A stretch of DNA of 64,000 nucleotides from the NCBI GenBank assembly GCA_963720545.1, contig OY970399.1, positions 3,360,001 to 3,424,000 of the forward strand. Direction: 5' to 3'. The position numbers and the translations under genes were made by a program. Positions 51,134 through 63,785 of this stretch are shown here, piece after piece; the stretch's first letter is position 1, and the number at the start of each line of letters is the position of its first letter. The notes under the pieces were generated by a model. The model saw only the letters and a program-made list of their open reading frames with translations, was not told the DNA's origin and did not search any database. Source of the DNA: an uncultured Acidobacteriota bacterium (lineage in GTDB: Bacteria > Acidobacteriota > Vicinamibacteria > Fen-336).

Positions 51134-51760
51134 ATGCCGGCCCTCTTCAGCGATGACGACACCAGGAAGGCTTTTCAGGGAGCCGTCCGCTCGCTCGAGA
51201 TGCGCACCGGGGCCGAGGTGCTGGTGGCGATCCGCGAGCGATCCGGGATCGAACCGCTGGCCGCCACCCGGGCCGCCATCGCCTCTGCGGCCCTGGTGCT
51301 GGCGGTGCTCGTCTTCAGCCCCTGGCACTTTCGGGCGGCCTGGTTCTTCATCGATCCGGTGGTCTTCGGCCTGCTGGGTGCCGGGCTCACCTGGCGGGTG
51401 TCGAAGTTCGAGCGCCTGTTCACGACGCAGAAAGAGCGTCTTGCCGCAGTGGCGCAGGCAGCTGCCCACACCTTCGTGAAGAAGGGTCTGCACCGCACCC
51501 GCGACCGCACCGGCCTGCTCGTCTACCTCGGGGTGCGCGAGCGTGGCGCGGTGGTGATCGCCGACCACGGCATCCTTGCGGTGGTCGACCGTGAGCGCTG
51601 GACGGCGGCGGTGCTCGCCATCATCGACGCGATGGCGGAGGAGGAGACCTCGGCGCGCGAGGTCGCCGGCCGCATCAGCGAACTGGGCCACGTCATGGCC
51701 GCAGTGAGCCGCCGCCAGGACGACGTCGACGAGGTCCCCGAGGAAGTCGTCTTCCTATGA
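51134..51760 (+). CDS. TPM-domain-like membrane protein
   Basis: E.RTGAEV, two TM segments, and GLHRTRDRTGLLVYL...ER..V.IAD.GI. Confidence 0.75.
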   Translation: MPALFSDDDTRKAFQGAVRSLEMRTGAEVLVAIRERSGIEPLAATRAAIASAALVLAVLVFSPWHFRAAWFFIDPVVFGLLGAGLTWRVSKFERLFTTQKERLAAVAQAAAHTFVKKGLHRTRDRTGLLVYLGVRERGAVVIADHGILAVVDRERWTAAVLAIIDAMAEEETSAREVAGRISELGHVMAAVSRRQDDVDEVPEEVVFL

Positions 51761-53400
51761 CCGTTTGTGCTGCGGCAGCGTCCTATGCCGTGCAGGCTGC
51801 GCTCGCCCTGGCCCGTCCCGGCGGCGGCCACACCTACTCACGCGGCGGTGGCGGCGGGGGCGGCGATTTTGCCGGCGGCCAGGATTTCTCCGGTCTCATC
51901 GACTTCGTCTTCTGGCTGGTGCTGGGCCATCCGCTCGTCGGCATCCCGCTGGTGATCGTCGGCTGCTGGATCGCGTACCAGGTGGCGCGGTCCCGCGAGA
52001 GCGGCAACTGGGACGTGCGCGGCGCGCGCTTCGGCCGCAACCAGCCGCCGCTGAGCCTGCCACCGACGAAAGCGCCGTCCGCGAAGACCACGACGACGCC
52101 GGCGCCCGGCACGCAGCCCATCGCCGTGCCGCTGCCGACGCTGCCGCCGAGCCTGCCGCCGCCACCGGTCACTTCGCCGGCGGCCGCGCAGGAACGGCGG
52201 CAGGCGCAGCGCGCCTTCGCCGCCGGCCTCGTGGACGCGGCGGCGCTGGCACGGCAGGATCCCGAGTTCTCGCTGGTGCTGTTCGAGGATTTCGCCAACC
52301 AGCTGTACGCCGCCGCGCAGCTCGCGCGCGCCGATCCAGCGGCGCTCGACAGCCTCTCGCCCTATCTCTCGAGCGCGACCCGCGCGCACCTCACGCAGCG
52401 GCGCCCGGTCGGCGGCCGGGTGCGGGCGGTGGTGGTGGGCTCGCTGCGCGTCCGCGCCATCGCCGCGCTGCCGGCGGCGGGCGAGCGCAAGGCGCACGTG
52501 CGCATCACTGTTGGCTTCGAGTCGAAGCTGCATGTGGACGAGGCGTACCGCACGGCCTCGCAGTACGTCATCGAGTCGTGGCATTTCGTGCGCACCGTCG
52601 GCGTGCCGACGCGGCCATGGAAGGGCGCGCGCACCTTCGGCTGCCCCAGCTGCGGCGCGCCGTTTCGCGCCACCGGCACCAAATGCTCGTCCTGCGGCCA
52701 GATGGTCTCAGGCGGCGCCTTCGACTGGAGTGTCGACCAGATCGACGTCGGCTCGATCGAGAGCGCGCCGCCGTCGCTCGCCGGCAGCGACGAGGAATAC
52801 GGCACCGACCTGCCAACGGTCGCCGACCCCGCCGCCGCCGGTGCCTGGCAGGAACTCGCCGCTTCCGACCCGAAGCTCACCGACGCCGCGCTCGCCGGCC
52901 GGATCGGCCTGATCTTCGGCGAGCTGCAGGTCGCGTGGTCGGCGATGGAGCTGGGCGGCGTGCGGCCGTTCGTCACCGACAGCCTGTTCGGCTACCTGCA
53001 GTTCTGGACCGAGGCGTACCGCGAGCAGGGGCTGCGCAACGTCGTCGAACGCTCCGCCATCGACCGGCTGGAGCGCGTCAAGGTGGTGCGCGACCACAAC
53101 TTCGACGCGCTCACCTTCCGCGTCTTCGCCCACGGCCGCGACTACACCGTGGTGACCGCGACCAGCCAGGTCGCCGGTGGCGACCCGGCGCGCGACCGGC
53201 GCTACTCGGAATACTGGACCCTGGTGCGTTCGGCCGCGGTGCGGCGCGCGCCGGTTGCGCAGAAGGTGTGCCCGGCGTGCGCGGCGCCGCTCAACGTGAA
53301 CATGGCCGGCAATTGCGCCTACTGCGGCAGCCTGGTCACGAGCGGCGACTTCGACTGGGTGCTGTCGAAGATCGAGCAGGATGACGTCTATCGTGGCTAG
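51757..53400 (+). CDS. Membrane-anchored protein with two Tim44-like domains, each followed by a zinc ribbon
   Basis: ARPGGG..Gly-rich leader, TM segment, Pro-rich linker, DPEFS...ESWHFVR..CPSCGAP..C.SCG, then DPKL...EYWTLVR..CPACAAP..CAYCG. Confidence 0.8.
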   Translation: MTVCAAAASYAVQAALALARPGGGHTYSRGGGGGGGDFAGGQDFSGLIDFVFWLVLGHPLVGIPLVIVGCWIAYQVARSRESGNWDVRGARFGRNQPPLSLPPTKAPSAKTTTTPAPGTQPIAVPLPTLPPSLPPPPVTSPAAAQERRQAQRAFAAGLVDAAALARQDPEFSLVLFEDFANQLYAAAQLARADPAALDSLSPYLSSATRAHLTQRRPVGGRVRAVVVGSLRVRAIAALPAAGERKAHVRITVGFESKLHVDEAYRTASQYVIESWHFVRTVGVPTRPWKGARTFGCPSCGAPFRATGTKCSSCGQMVSGGAFDWSVDQIDVGSIESAPPSLAGSDEEYGTDLPTVADPAAAGAWQELAASDPKLTDAALAGRIGLIFGELQVAWSAMELGGVRPFVTDSLFGYLQFWTEAYREQGLRNVVERSAIDRLERVKVVRDHNFDALTFRVFAHGRDYTVVTATSQVAGGDPARDRRYSEYWTLVRSAAVRRAPVAQKVCPACAAPLNVNMAGNCAYCGSLVTSGDFDWVLSKIEQDDVYRG

Positions 53401-53415
53401 GCTGCGGATGCTGTC

Positions 53416-56106
<2,691 letters not shown>

Positions 56107-56108
56107 CC

Positions 56109-57332
56109 GTGGGCAAGAGCGAGCTGCAGGCGGCGCCGGCCATCGCAGCCATCGGTCTGCTGGCACTTGGCTGGTGGCCGCCGTTTCCGTGGCTCCACGA
56201 GCACGCCCAGTGGAGCGACGCGCTGTTGCTGTTGTTCCTCCCCGCGTCGCTCGCCGCCGCGGCTGCGTCCGCCGCAATCCGGGAGCGCTGGCGCTCGGCG
56301 CTGCCGGTTGCGATGTCGGCTGTTTTCTATTGCGCGGCCAACGCCGCATCGGTCTTGTTCGGCACCGGCCTGGGCGAGCCGCGGCGCATCGCGGGCGCCG
56401 CGCTCCTCGGCGGGTACCTGCTGGCGGCGCGCGTCGCTATCGACGACGCGGCGTTCGCCCGCCTCGCGCGCGTGGTGGCGGCGGTGTCGATCGCAACCGG
56501 CGTGCTCGCCGTGGGCGGCGAACTCGCGGCACTTCTCGGCCGGCAGACGCCGCTCGCCGGCGGCTTCGGCGACTTGCTGCCCGGCGGCTACGCGCGCATG
56601 CGCGCGACGCTCTTCAGCCCGAACCTGCTGGCGAGCTACGCGATCTTCGCTTCCGGCGTCGTGCGCAGCGAACGCGCGCGCCTGCCGGCGCCATTGCGCC
56701 GGCTCGCGATGCCGTGCCTTGCCGCCGCAGCGCTCCTGAGCTTCGGCCGCGGCGCGCTGGTGTTCGCTGCGGCGTGGCTCGCGCACCGCAAGCCGCGCTG
56801 GCGCGCGGCGCTCGCGGTGGCGAGTGCCGTGGCGCTGCTGGCACTCAACTTCGTGAACCTGCGCGTGCGCCTCGTGCCCTTCGCGGCGTCCGTCTCACCC
56901 TTCGACAGCGACCGCCTGGTGCTGCTGCGCACTTCATGGGCCACATTCACGGCGCACCCTCTCCTCGGCAGCGGGCCGGGAACTTCGCCGGGCCTGCTCG
57001 GCGGCGCCCATCCGTTCGATGCGCATTGCACGCCGCTGCAGGTAGCCGCGACGCTCGGCCTCTTCGGCCTCGCTGCATTCGCGGCGGTGGTGGCGCTCGC
57101 GTGGCGCCGCGGACGCCTGGGCGCGGGTTCGCTCGACGCGAGCATCGCCATCTCGGTCGTGGCGCTCCTCATCGACGGCCTGGCGCAGGATGCCGACGAC
57201 TTCCGCCACTTGTGGGCGGGCCTCGGCTTGCTGCGCTGTTATCGGCCGCGGGGGAACAGCGCCAACAACACGCCGCTCGCGGCGACGATGGCGCAGACGT
57301 ACTTGCCGAGCTCGGCGCGGCCGGCGGTGTAG
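56109..57332 (+). CDS. O-antigen ligase-like membrane protein
   Basis: Multiple TM segments, R.RATL.SPN.LASY, HPLLGSGPG and AHCT.LQVAA.LG..GL. Confidence 0.7.
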   Translation: MGKSELQAAPAIAAIGLLALGWWPPFPWLHEHAQWSDALLLLFLPASLAAAAASAAIRERWRSALPVAMSAVFYCAANAASVLFGTGLGEPRRIAGAALLGGYLLAARVAIDDAAFARLARVVAAVSIATGVLAVGGELAALLGRQTPLAGGFGDLLPGGYARMRATLFSPNLLASYAIFASGVVRSERARLPAPLRRLAMPCLAAAALLSFGRGALVFAAAWLAHRKPRWRAALAVASAVALLALNFVNLRVRLVPFAASVSPFDSDRLVLLRTSWATFTAHPLLGSGPGTSPGLLGGAHPFDAHCTPLQVAATLGLFGLAAFAAVVALAWRRGRLGAGSLDASIAISVVALLIDGLAQDADDFRHLWAGLGLLRCYRPRGNSANNTPLAATMAQTYLPSSARPAV

Positions 57333-57457
57333 TCGAGCGACTGCATCACCGACAAGCCGTCGGGCATCTCACCGGCGCCCGATCCGACCGACGAGCAATA
57401 CAAGAAGCCAGCGACGCCGAGCAGAATGCAGATCCCACCGAAACTGCGCATGCTCAC
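57239..57457 (-). CDS. Small two-TM hypothetical protein
   Basis: GTG overlaps the stop of the upstream hydratase gene; two hydrophobic segments; overlaps the convergent gene end by 94 nt. Confidence 0.5.
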   Translation of the reverse strand: MSMRSFGGICILLGVAGFLYCSSVGSGAGEMPDGLSVMQSLDYTAGRAELGKYVCAIVAASGVLLALFPRGR

Positions 57458-58242
57458 TCTCCCGAAAAACGCGGCGCCCTCTTTTCCAGGAAGGCCTGGG
57501 TGCCTTCTGCCTTGTCCCGCGACTCGAACGTGATGGCCTGGGCCGTCGATTCATATACCAGACCCGCGCCGAGCGGCATGTGAGATGACGCATTGAGCGC
57601 CATTTTCGCGAGGCGCAGCGCCAAAGGACCCAGTTTCAGCACCTTTTCGGCCAGCGCACGAGCCGCCTCGAGCAGTTCCGCGGCGGGGACCACCTGGCTC
57701 ACGAGGCCGGCGGCGAGCGCCGTCTGCGCATCCCAGCGCGCGCCGGTGAGGATCATTTCCTTCGCCCGGCCCAGGCCGACGATGCGCGGCAGGCGCTGGG
57801 TGCCGCCGGCCCCCGGGATAATGCCGAGCGATGGTTCGGGCAGGCCGAAGACAGCATGCTCCGCGGCGATCCGCAGGTCGCACGCAAGCGCCAGCTCGCA
57901 GCCGCCGCCGAGCGCAACGCCGTTGACCGCGGCGATCACCACCGCGGCGTGACCCTCGACCGCGCTCATCAGCCGCGAGTTGATGGACGCGAACGCGTCG
58001 TTGCGGCGCCGCTGCTGGATCGCGCGGATGTCGGCGCCGGAGACGAACGCCTTGTCGCCGGCGCCGGTGATGATGAGCACCGGCGCGCCCGCGGCGCCGA
58101 CCGCTTCCAGTGCCGCGTGAAACTCCGCCACCGTCTGCGTGTCGAGGGCGTTGCGGACCTGCGGACGGTTGACGGTGAGGAGCGCGATGCGACGATCGTC
58201 GTCGACGGCGAGCCTCAGGTTCTCGTAGGTTCCTGTTGTCAC
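57454..58242 (-). CDS. Enoyl-CoA hydratase/crotonase
   Basis: NRPQVRNAL, AFVSGADI, ALGGGCELALACD and PE..LGIIPGAGGTQRL. Confidence 0.92.
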   Translation of the reverse strand: MTTGTYENLRLAVDDDRRIALLTVNRPQVRNALDTQTVAEFHAALEAVGAAGAPVLIITGAGDKAFVSGADIRAIQQRRRNDAFASINSRLMSAVEGHAAVVIAAVNGVALGGGCELALACDLRIAAEHAVFGLPEPSLGIIPGAGGTQRLPRIVGLGRAKEMILTGARWDAQTALAAGLVSQVVPAAELLEAARALAEKVLKLGPLALRLAKMALNASSHMPLGAGLVYESTAQAITFESRDKAEGTQAFLEKRAPRFSGE

Positions 58243-59108
58243 GGCCGGGGATCCTGGCGGGCGGGCTGCGCGTAGACGCGGGCGGCGTTAGCCCACAGGA
58301 TCTTCTCGAGCACGTCCTCGCCGAGGCCGAGCGAGCGAAAGTCGCGCAGGTTCGCGGCCATGCTCGAGACGCCCGGCGACGGCCAGTCGCTGCCGTAGAT
58401 CGCCTTGTCGGCGATCTCGGCGAGGCGTGGAAAATAGCGCAGCATCGCCTTCGGCGGGATGCCGGAAAGCTCGAGGTGCACGTTCGGGAAACGGCGCACC
58501 AGGAAGAACGCCTGCTCCATCCACAGCGGCCGGCCGCCGTGTGCCAGCACGATGGTGAGGTCGGGAAAGTCCACGGCGACGTCGTCGACCGCGATCGGCT
58601 CGCCGGTGCGGCTGCGCGCGCCGGGAAAGATCGAGGTGCCGGTATGGATGAGCACCGGCAGGCGCAGGCGCTGCGCCTCCTCGTAAATGGCGCGCAACGG
58701 CTCGCACCCGTGCAGGTAGGCGTTGGGCTCGATCTGCATGTGCGGCGGGTGGATCTTGAGTGCGCGCACGCCGAGCTCAGCGGCGCGGCGCACCTCCGCG
58801 GCCGCGTCGTCGGTGAAGCGCGGGTGCACGCCGCCCATGGGAAACAGCCGGTCGGGGGCGGCGTCGCAGTAGCGGGCGACGTATTCGTTCACCCGATGGT
58901 CGAAGCCCATCAGGTCCTGGCTCGGGTAGTTGACCAGCACGGCGCGCTCGATGCCGTCCTGGTCGAGCCGCCGCAGCAGATGTTCGGGCGACTTCATGAT
59001 CTTCTGCAGCTCGTCGAGGTCGGTGCGGCCCTTGACGAACACGTCGAGCATCTCGGCGCGCATGTGCCACCACGGCTGGATGTGGATATGCGCGTCGGTA
59101 ACCTTCAC
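58239..59108 (-). CDS. Amidohydrolase_2-family metal-dependent hydrolase/decarboxylase
   Basis: DAHIH, LKIHP, IHTG, LAHGG and YGSDWP. Confidence 0.88.
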   Translation of the reverse strand: MKVTDAHIHIQPWWHMRAEMLDVFVKGRTDLDELQKIMKSPEHLLRRLDQDGIERAVLVNYPSQDLMGFDHRVNEYVARYCDAAPDRLFPMGGVHPRFTDDAAAEVRRAAELGVRALKIHPPHMQIEPNAYLHGCEPLRAIYEEAQRLRLPVLIHTGTSIFPGARSRTGEPIAVDDVAVDFPDLTIVLAHGGRPLWMEQAFFLVRRFPNVHLELSGIPPKAMLRYFPRLAEIADKAIYGSDWPSPGVSSMAANLRDFRSLGLGEDVLEKILWANAARVYAQPARQDPRP

Positions 59109-59144
59109 GGCGCCGACGCTAGCACGCCGGCGCTTCGCTCCGGC

Positions 59145-59360
59145 CTAGTACTGATACTCCTGCGGCACGACCTGGTGCGTCCGCAAACCAAGCCGCTTGA
59201 TCTTCTCGTTGAGCGTGGTGGGCAGCACGCCGAGCGAACGGGCCGCGCGACGCTGGTTGCCCACGGAGGCTTGCAGCGCCTCGGCGATGAGGCGCCGCTC
59301 GTAGTCGTCCACCATCTCCTTCAGGCTGCGCTCGGGAGTCGCCACGACGGAATCGAACAT
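59145..59360 (-). CDS. Stand-alone Fis-type helix-turn-helix protein
   Basis: SLKE.V..YER..I.EAL....GNQRRAA..LG...TTL.EKIKRLG; AGGAG RBS. Confidence 0.82.
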   Translation of the reverse strand: MFDSVVATPERSLKEMVDDYERRLIAEALQASVGNQRRAARSLGVLPTTLNEKIKRLGLRTHQVVPQEYQY

Positions 59361-59403
59361 GCAAGGCTCCTGTGATCTGCGATCAACGGCCGTTATTGGG
59401 GTT

Positions 59404-59431
59404 GAGACGCAGCAGGCCCGCCTGTGGTTCC
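59404..59431 (-). promoter_or_regulatory. Candidate ECF-sigma promoter
   Basis: Minus strand GGAACC-N16-CGTCTC upstream of the Fis-HTH gene. Confidence 0.55.
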
Positions 59432-59467
59432 GTTGGATTCAAGCGGAGCTGTTAAACCTTGTCGCAG

Positions 59468-60313
59468 TCAGTTGCGGGGCACGCGCTCCCACGACCCGTA
59501 CATGGGGTTGGGAATGAGGATGTAGCGCGAGCCGAAGGCGGCGAGCGCCGCGGGGGCGCCGCGCGACTCCTGCGACAGGCCGGGAAAGTCCTGGATGTTG
59601 TCGCCGATCCACATCACCACTTCCACGGCGCCTTGTCCGGGCACCTTGCCCTGGCCGATGGCGTCGAAGCGCGGCTGCTTCGAGCCGGGCGCGCCTTCCG
59701 GGCGGCACAGGACGGCGGTCACCGCGAAGCCGTCGGCGCGCAGGTTGGCTTCTGTAGCCGGGCAATCGCCCTGGTCGCGGTTCGTGACCACGAAGAACCT
59801 GCCGCCGAGGTCGCGGACGCGCTTGCTGAAGTCGACGGCGCCCGGCAGCGCGGGCGCCTTGCGCTGCGCGACCCAGGCCGACCAGCTCTCGGCGCTGAAC
59901 CCCGCGCCCGCGGCGGCGCGCTCCTTCTGGTACTGCGAATTGCCGAGGAGCGTTTCGTCGGCGTCCGCGACCACCGCCCAGGAGCCGCTGGCGCGGCCGG
60001 CGCGCAGCTTGTCGAGGCGGTCGGTGGCGAGCCGGTAGGCCTGCAGGACCGCCGCCTCGTATTCGGCGGAGTTGCGCACCCAGTGCACCGAGTCGGGCAT
60101 GACCGCGGTTCCCGCGGGTGCCGTGCCGCCCGTCCCCGGCAGCGGCTCGATGACCGGCGGCGGCGCCGGCTGCGATACCGGCGGGCGCTTGCGCGGCGCG
60201 GCAGGGGTGCGGCTGCTGCCGGTCGATTGCGCATGGCAACCTGCCGCAACCAGGGCCGCGGCGAGGCCGCTCGCCCGAACGAAACCGAAGCCGAAACCGC
60301 GCGGTGTGGGCAT
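59468..60313 (-). CDS. Class C acid phosphatase / 5'-nucleotidase lipoprotein, e(P4) family
   Basis: VAAGC lipobox, W...SAEY, DADETLL.NS, VTNR, IGDNIQDF and PNPMYGSWE. Alternative start 60352. Confidence 0.88.
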   Translation of the reverse strand: MPTPRGFGFGFVRASGLAAALVAAGCHAQSTGSSRTPAAPRKRPPVSQPAPPPVIEPLPGTGGTAPAGTAVMPDSVHWVRNSAEYEAAVLQAYRLATDRLDKLRAGRASGSWAVVADADETLLGNSQYQKERAAAGAGFSAESWSAWVAQRKAPALPGAVDFSKRVRDLGGRFFVVTNRDQGDCPATEANLRADGFAVTAVLCRPEGAPGSKQPRFDAIGQGKVPGQGAVEVVMWIGDNIQDFPGLSQESRGAPAALAAFGSRYILIPNPMYGSWERVPRN

Positions 60314-60348
60314 GCCAAAGCTTAGCGCGCCCGACCGGCCGCGCCCCT

Positions 60349-61641
60349 TCATTCGTTCTTGTAGACGACGCCGCCCTTCATCACGAACCGCACCCTGCTC
60401 AGCTCGGCGATGTCGGCGAGCGGGTCGCCAGCAACCGCGACGATATCGGCGAAATGCCCGGGCGCCACAGCGCCCAGTTCCGCCTGCTGGTCGAGGAGCG
60501 CCGCGGCGACGCTGGTGGCGGAAGCGATCGCCTGCGCCGGTGTCATGCCGAACTTCACCATGAGGGACAGCTCCTTCGCCTGGTTCTCGGTCCAGGGATA
60601 GCCGCCCGCGTCGGTGCCGTAGCTGATCTTCACGCCCTTCTTCACTGCCCGCGCGAACACCGCGGGCATGCGGTCGCGCATCGCGATCCAGATCGGCGCG
60701 CCGGCCGCGGCGCGGCCCTCGGCGACCCAGACGCCGACGTACATCGTGGGGCACCAGAAGACGCCCTTTTTGACCATCTCGTCCATCAGCGCGTCGTCCA
60801 GCCCGTAGCCGTGCTCGATGGTGTCGGCGCCGGCGCGCAGCGCCGCGGCGATGCCGTCGCGGCCCATGGCGTGGGCAGCGACCTTGTGGCCCAGGCGATG
60901 CGCCTCGTCCACCAGCGCCTTCGCTTCCTCGTCGGTGAAGTTGACCCACGAGCGCAACTGGTCGTCCTTCACGTAGTAGCGCCGGTCGGAGTAGTACTTG
61001 ATCCAGTCGGCGCCGAAGCGCACCTGCTCGCGCACCGCGCGGCGGATGCTGTCGGCCCCGTCGATGATCTGCACGCCGGTCGGCACCGACAGCTCCCACG
61101 AGTAGCCGAGCGGGCCGTACATGCCGGTGGGGGCAAACGCGCGGGTCGAGACGAACATGCGCGGGCCGGGGATCACACCGCGGTTGATGGCGGTCTTGAC
61201 GTCGACGTCCGCGTACATCGCGCCTTCGGTCTCGAGGTCGCGGATGGTGGTGAAGCCGTTCAGCAGCGCGATGCGCGCGGCAGCGGTCGCGCGAATGGCA
61301 CGATACGGAATCGACTCCTTCAGGATCTGGTCGTCGTATTCCTGCGAGGTGATGTCGCCCTGCAGCAGCACGTGTGTGTGGTTGTCGATGAGGCCGGGGA
61401 GGCACGTGCGCTTCGCGAGGTCGACGAGCGGCGCGCCCGCGGGCGCCGCGGCGCCCACGCTCACGATCTTCTCGCCATCTATGACGATGGTGACGTCGCT
61501 GCGGGTCGTGCCCGACAGCGGGTCGAAGAGCTTGCCGCAGCGCACCGCGCTCACTTCGGCCTGCGCGCCCGAGGCGGCGGCGAACAGGAGGGTGGCGGCG
61601 AAAGCCAGGGGAGCTGGAAAAGCGCTGGTCATGGGTCGCAT
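60349..61641 (-). CDS. Secreted amidohydrolase (Xaa-Pro dipeptidase-like)
   Basis: Signal peptide; PGLIDNHTH, GFTTIRD, GADWIK, VAAHA, TIEHG and YGTDAG. Confidence 0.88.
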   Translation of the reverse strand: MRPMTSAFPAPLAFAATLLFAAASGAQAEVSAVRCGKLFDPLSGTTRSDVTIVIDGEKIVSVGAAAPAGAPLVDLAKRTCLPGLIDNHTHVLLQGDITSQEYDDQILKESIPYRAIRATAAARIALLNGFTTIRDLETEGAMYADVDVKTAINRGVIPGPRMFVSTRAFAPTGMYGPLGYSWELSVPTGVQIIDGADSIRRAVREQVRFGADWIKYYSDRRYYVKDDQLRSWVNFTDEEAKALVDEAHRLGHKVAAHAMGRDGIAAALRAGADTIEHGYGLDDALMDEMVKKGVFWCPTMYVGVWVAEGRAAAGAPIWIAMRDRMPAVFARAVKKGVKISYGTDAGGYPWTENQAKELSLMVKFGMTPAQAIASATSVAAALLDQQAELGAVAPGHFADIVAVAGDPLADIAELSRVRFVMKGGVVYKNE

Positions 61642-61659
61642 GGGCGCGACGCTATCACT

Positions 61660-63705
61660 TCATTCGCGAAACCATTTGAAGATGCGGCGGCGCAGCTTGT
61701 CGAGCGCCGAGACCACGGCGCGCTGCAACTCCTGCTTGAAGGTGCCCTCGTGCAGCTGGCACATCGCGGTGGGACGCTCGTCGCCTTCCTTGAAGTACTC
61801 GACGTAGGTGGGGCAGCCGTTCACGGGCCGCCGATAGGTCACGCTGCACAGTTCGGCCGGCACCAGCCCCGGCGGCGGCGGCGCAAACGCCTTGAACGGG
61901 CGGATGCGCGCCGAGCGCTTCATGAAGTCGGCCCAGATCGGCAGCGCCGCTCGCGCGCCATAGGCGCGCTCGGCGATCGTGGCCGGCTGGTCGTAGCCCA
62001 CCCACACCGCGGCCACCAGGCTCGACGAGAAGCCGACGAACCACGCATCCTTGAAATCGTTGGTGGTGCCGGTCTTGCCGCCCACCGGGCCGAGAGCGAA
62101 GCGCAGCGCGGGCGTGCCGGTGCCGCGCGCCACCGCATCGCGCAGCAGCGACACCATCTGGTAGGCGGTCTCCTCGGAGAGCGCGCGCTCGCGCACCGGT
62201 GCTCGGGCGTACGTCTCGGCGCCGTCGCCGTCCACGATGCGCACGATGCCGCGCGGCCTCACGCTCAGGCCGCCGTTCGCGAACGCGGCGTAGGCGGCGC
62301 TCAGCAGGAGCGGCGAGGTCAGGCCGGTGCCGAGCGCCAGCGACGGTACGTCGGGCTGGTCGCGCACGCCGAGCCGGTCGGCGAGCCGCAGCACCGCGCC
62401 CGTGCCGGCGCGCTGCTGCACCACCACGGCGGCGGCGTTGTTCGACTGGATGAAGCCCTCGCGCGCGGTCAGCTCGGCGGCTTCCGCGTGTTCGCCGCCG
62501 GGCGTCCACTCTTCCTCGCCCGGCTCGCCGGGAATGGCGATGTCGCGCAAGCCGCCCAGCATGCTCACCGGCGTCAGGCCGTGCTCGAGAGCCGCGGCGT
62601 ACACGATCGGCTTGAAGGCGGAGCCCGGCTGGCGCAGCGCCTGCGAGGCGCGGTTGAACGGAAAGCGGTTGACGTCGCGGCCGCCGACGATCGCGAGCAC
62701 ATCGCCCGTCTGCGGATCGAGTGCGACCAGCGCCGCCTGCAGGTCGCGGCGGCCGAGGCGCCGCAGGCCGTCGGCGAGCGCGCGTTCGGCGGCATCCTGG
62801 AGCGCCGGCACGAACGTCGTCTCCACCTGCCAGTCGGGCGGCGCGTCGTCGCCGAACTGGCGGCGAAACTCGGCGCGCAGGAATTCCTTGGCATAGCCGC
62901 CGCGCGGGCTCACCGAGGCCGGTGGCGGCGCGAGGCGCAGGCGCGCCAGGTGCGCAAGCGCCGCGGCGCGCGGGGTGACGTAGCCCTCGGCCTGCAGCCG
63001 GTCCAGCACCACGAAGCTGCGCGCGCGCGCGGCGCTGAAGTTCGACCATGGCGAAAGCGCCGTCGGCGACTTGAGGAGCCCGGCGAGGAGCGCCGCCTCG
63101 GCAAGCGTCACGCTCGCCGCCGGCTTCGCGAACACCGCCTGCGACATGGCCTCGAAGCCGTAGCGCCCCGAGCCAAGATAGGCGCGGTTCATGTACAGCT
63201 CGAGGATCTGGTCCTTGCTGAGTTCGCTCTCGAGCATCAGCGCGAGCACCGCTTCCTTCGCCTTGCGTCCGACGGTGCGGCGGTTGGAGAGGAACAGGCT
63301 GCGCGCCAGCTGCTGGGTGAGGGTGCTGCCGCCCTCCACCATCCGGCCGGCCCTGGCGTTGCGCCAGACGGCGCGCGCGAACGCGATCGGGTCGAGGCCG
63401 GGGTGCCGGCGGAAGCGATGGTCCTCGACGGCCACGACCGCGTCGCGCAGCACCGGCGCCATCTGCGCGAGCGGCACGTCGCGGCGATGGTCGTCGAGCC
63501 GGAACCACGGCTGTCCGTCGGCAGAGAGGAACACGGTGTCGCCGACGCCGCGCGCGAGGCGGTGCACGGCGAGCGCGTAGCGCGCGAACCAGCCGAGCGC
63601 CGTGAGGCCCGCGGCTGCGCACAGAACCACGAGCGCCGCGGCGAAGAGGTCGCGGCGCGAGCGGGAGCGAAGCCGCAGCGACACCGACCGCAAGCGCGCG
63701 AGCAT
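61660..63705 (-). CDS. Class A penicillin-binding protein (PBP1A family)
   Basis: Transglycosylase motifs EDHRF, GGSTLTQQL and RKAKE; transpeptidase motifs SAFK, SNN and KTG. Start ATG 63705 (the ORF extends to 63804). Confidence 0.93.
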   Translation of the reverse strand: MLARLRSVSLRLRSRSRRDLFAAALVVLCAAAGLTALGWFARYALAVHRLARGVGDTVFLSADGQPWFRLDDHRRDVPLAQMAPVLRDAVVAVEDHRFRRHPGLDPIAFARAVWRNARAGRMVEGGSTLTQQLARSLFLSNRRTVGRKAKEAVLALMLESELSKDQILELYMNRAYLGSGRYGFEAMSQAVFAKPAASVTLAEAALLAGLLKSPTALSPWSNFSAARARSFVVLDRLQAEGYVTPRAAALAHLARLRLAPPPASVSPRGGYAKEFLRAEFRRQFGDDAPPDWQVETTFVPALQDAAERALADGLRRLGRRDLQAALVALDPQTGDVLAIVGGRDVNRFPFNRASQALRQPGSAFKPIVYAAALEHGLTPVSMLGGLRDIAIPGEPGEEEWTPGGEHAEAAELTAREGFIQSNNAAAVVVQQRAGTGAVLRLADRLGVRDQPDVPSLALGTGLTSPLLLSAAYAAFANGGLSVRPRGIVRIVDGDGAETYARAPVRERALSEETAYQMVSLLRDAVARGTGTPALRFALGPVGGKTGTTNDFKDAWFVGFSSSLVAAVWVGYDQPATIAERAYGARAALPIWADFMKRSARIRPFKAFAPPPPGLVPAELCSVTYRRPVNGCPTYVEYFKEGDERPTAMCQLHEGTFKQELQRAVVSALDKLRRRIFKWFRE

Positions 63706-63785
63706 CCTTGACGACAACTCTAGCCGCGCGTGCCGTGCAGCCAGTAGCAGCGGTGCCGCGGCGATTGCCGTTAGAGTCGAAGTAA

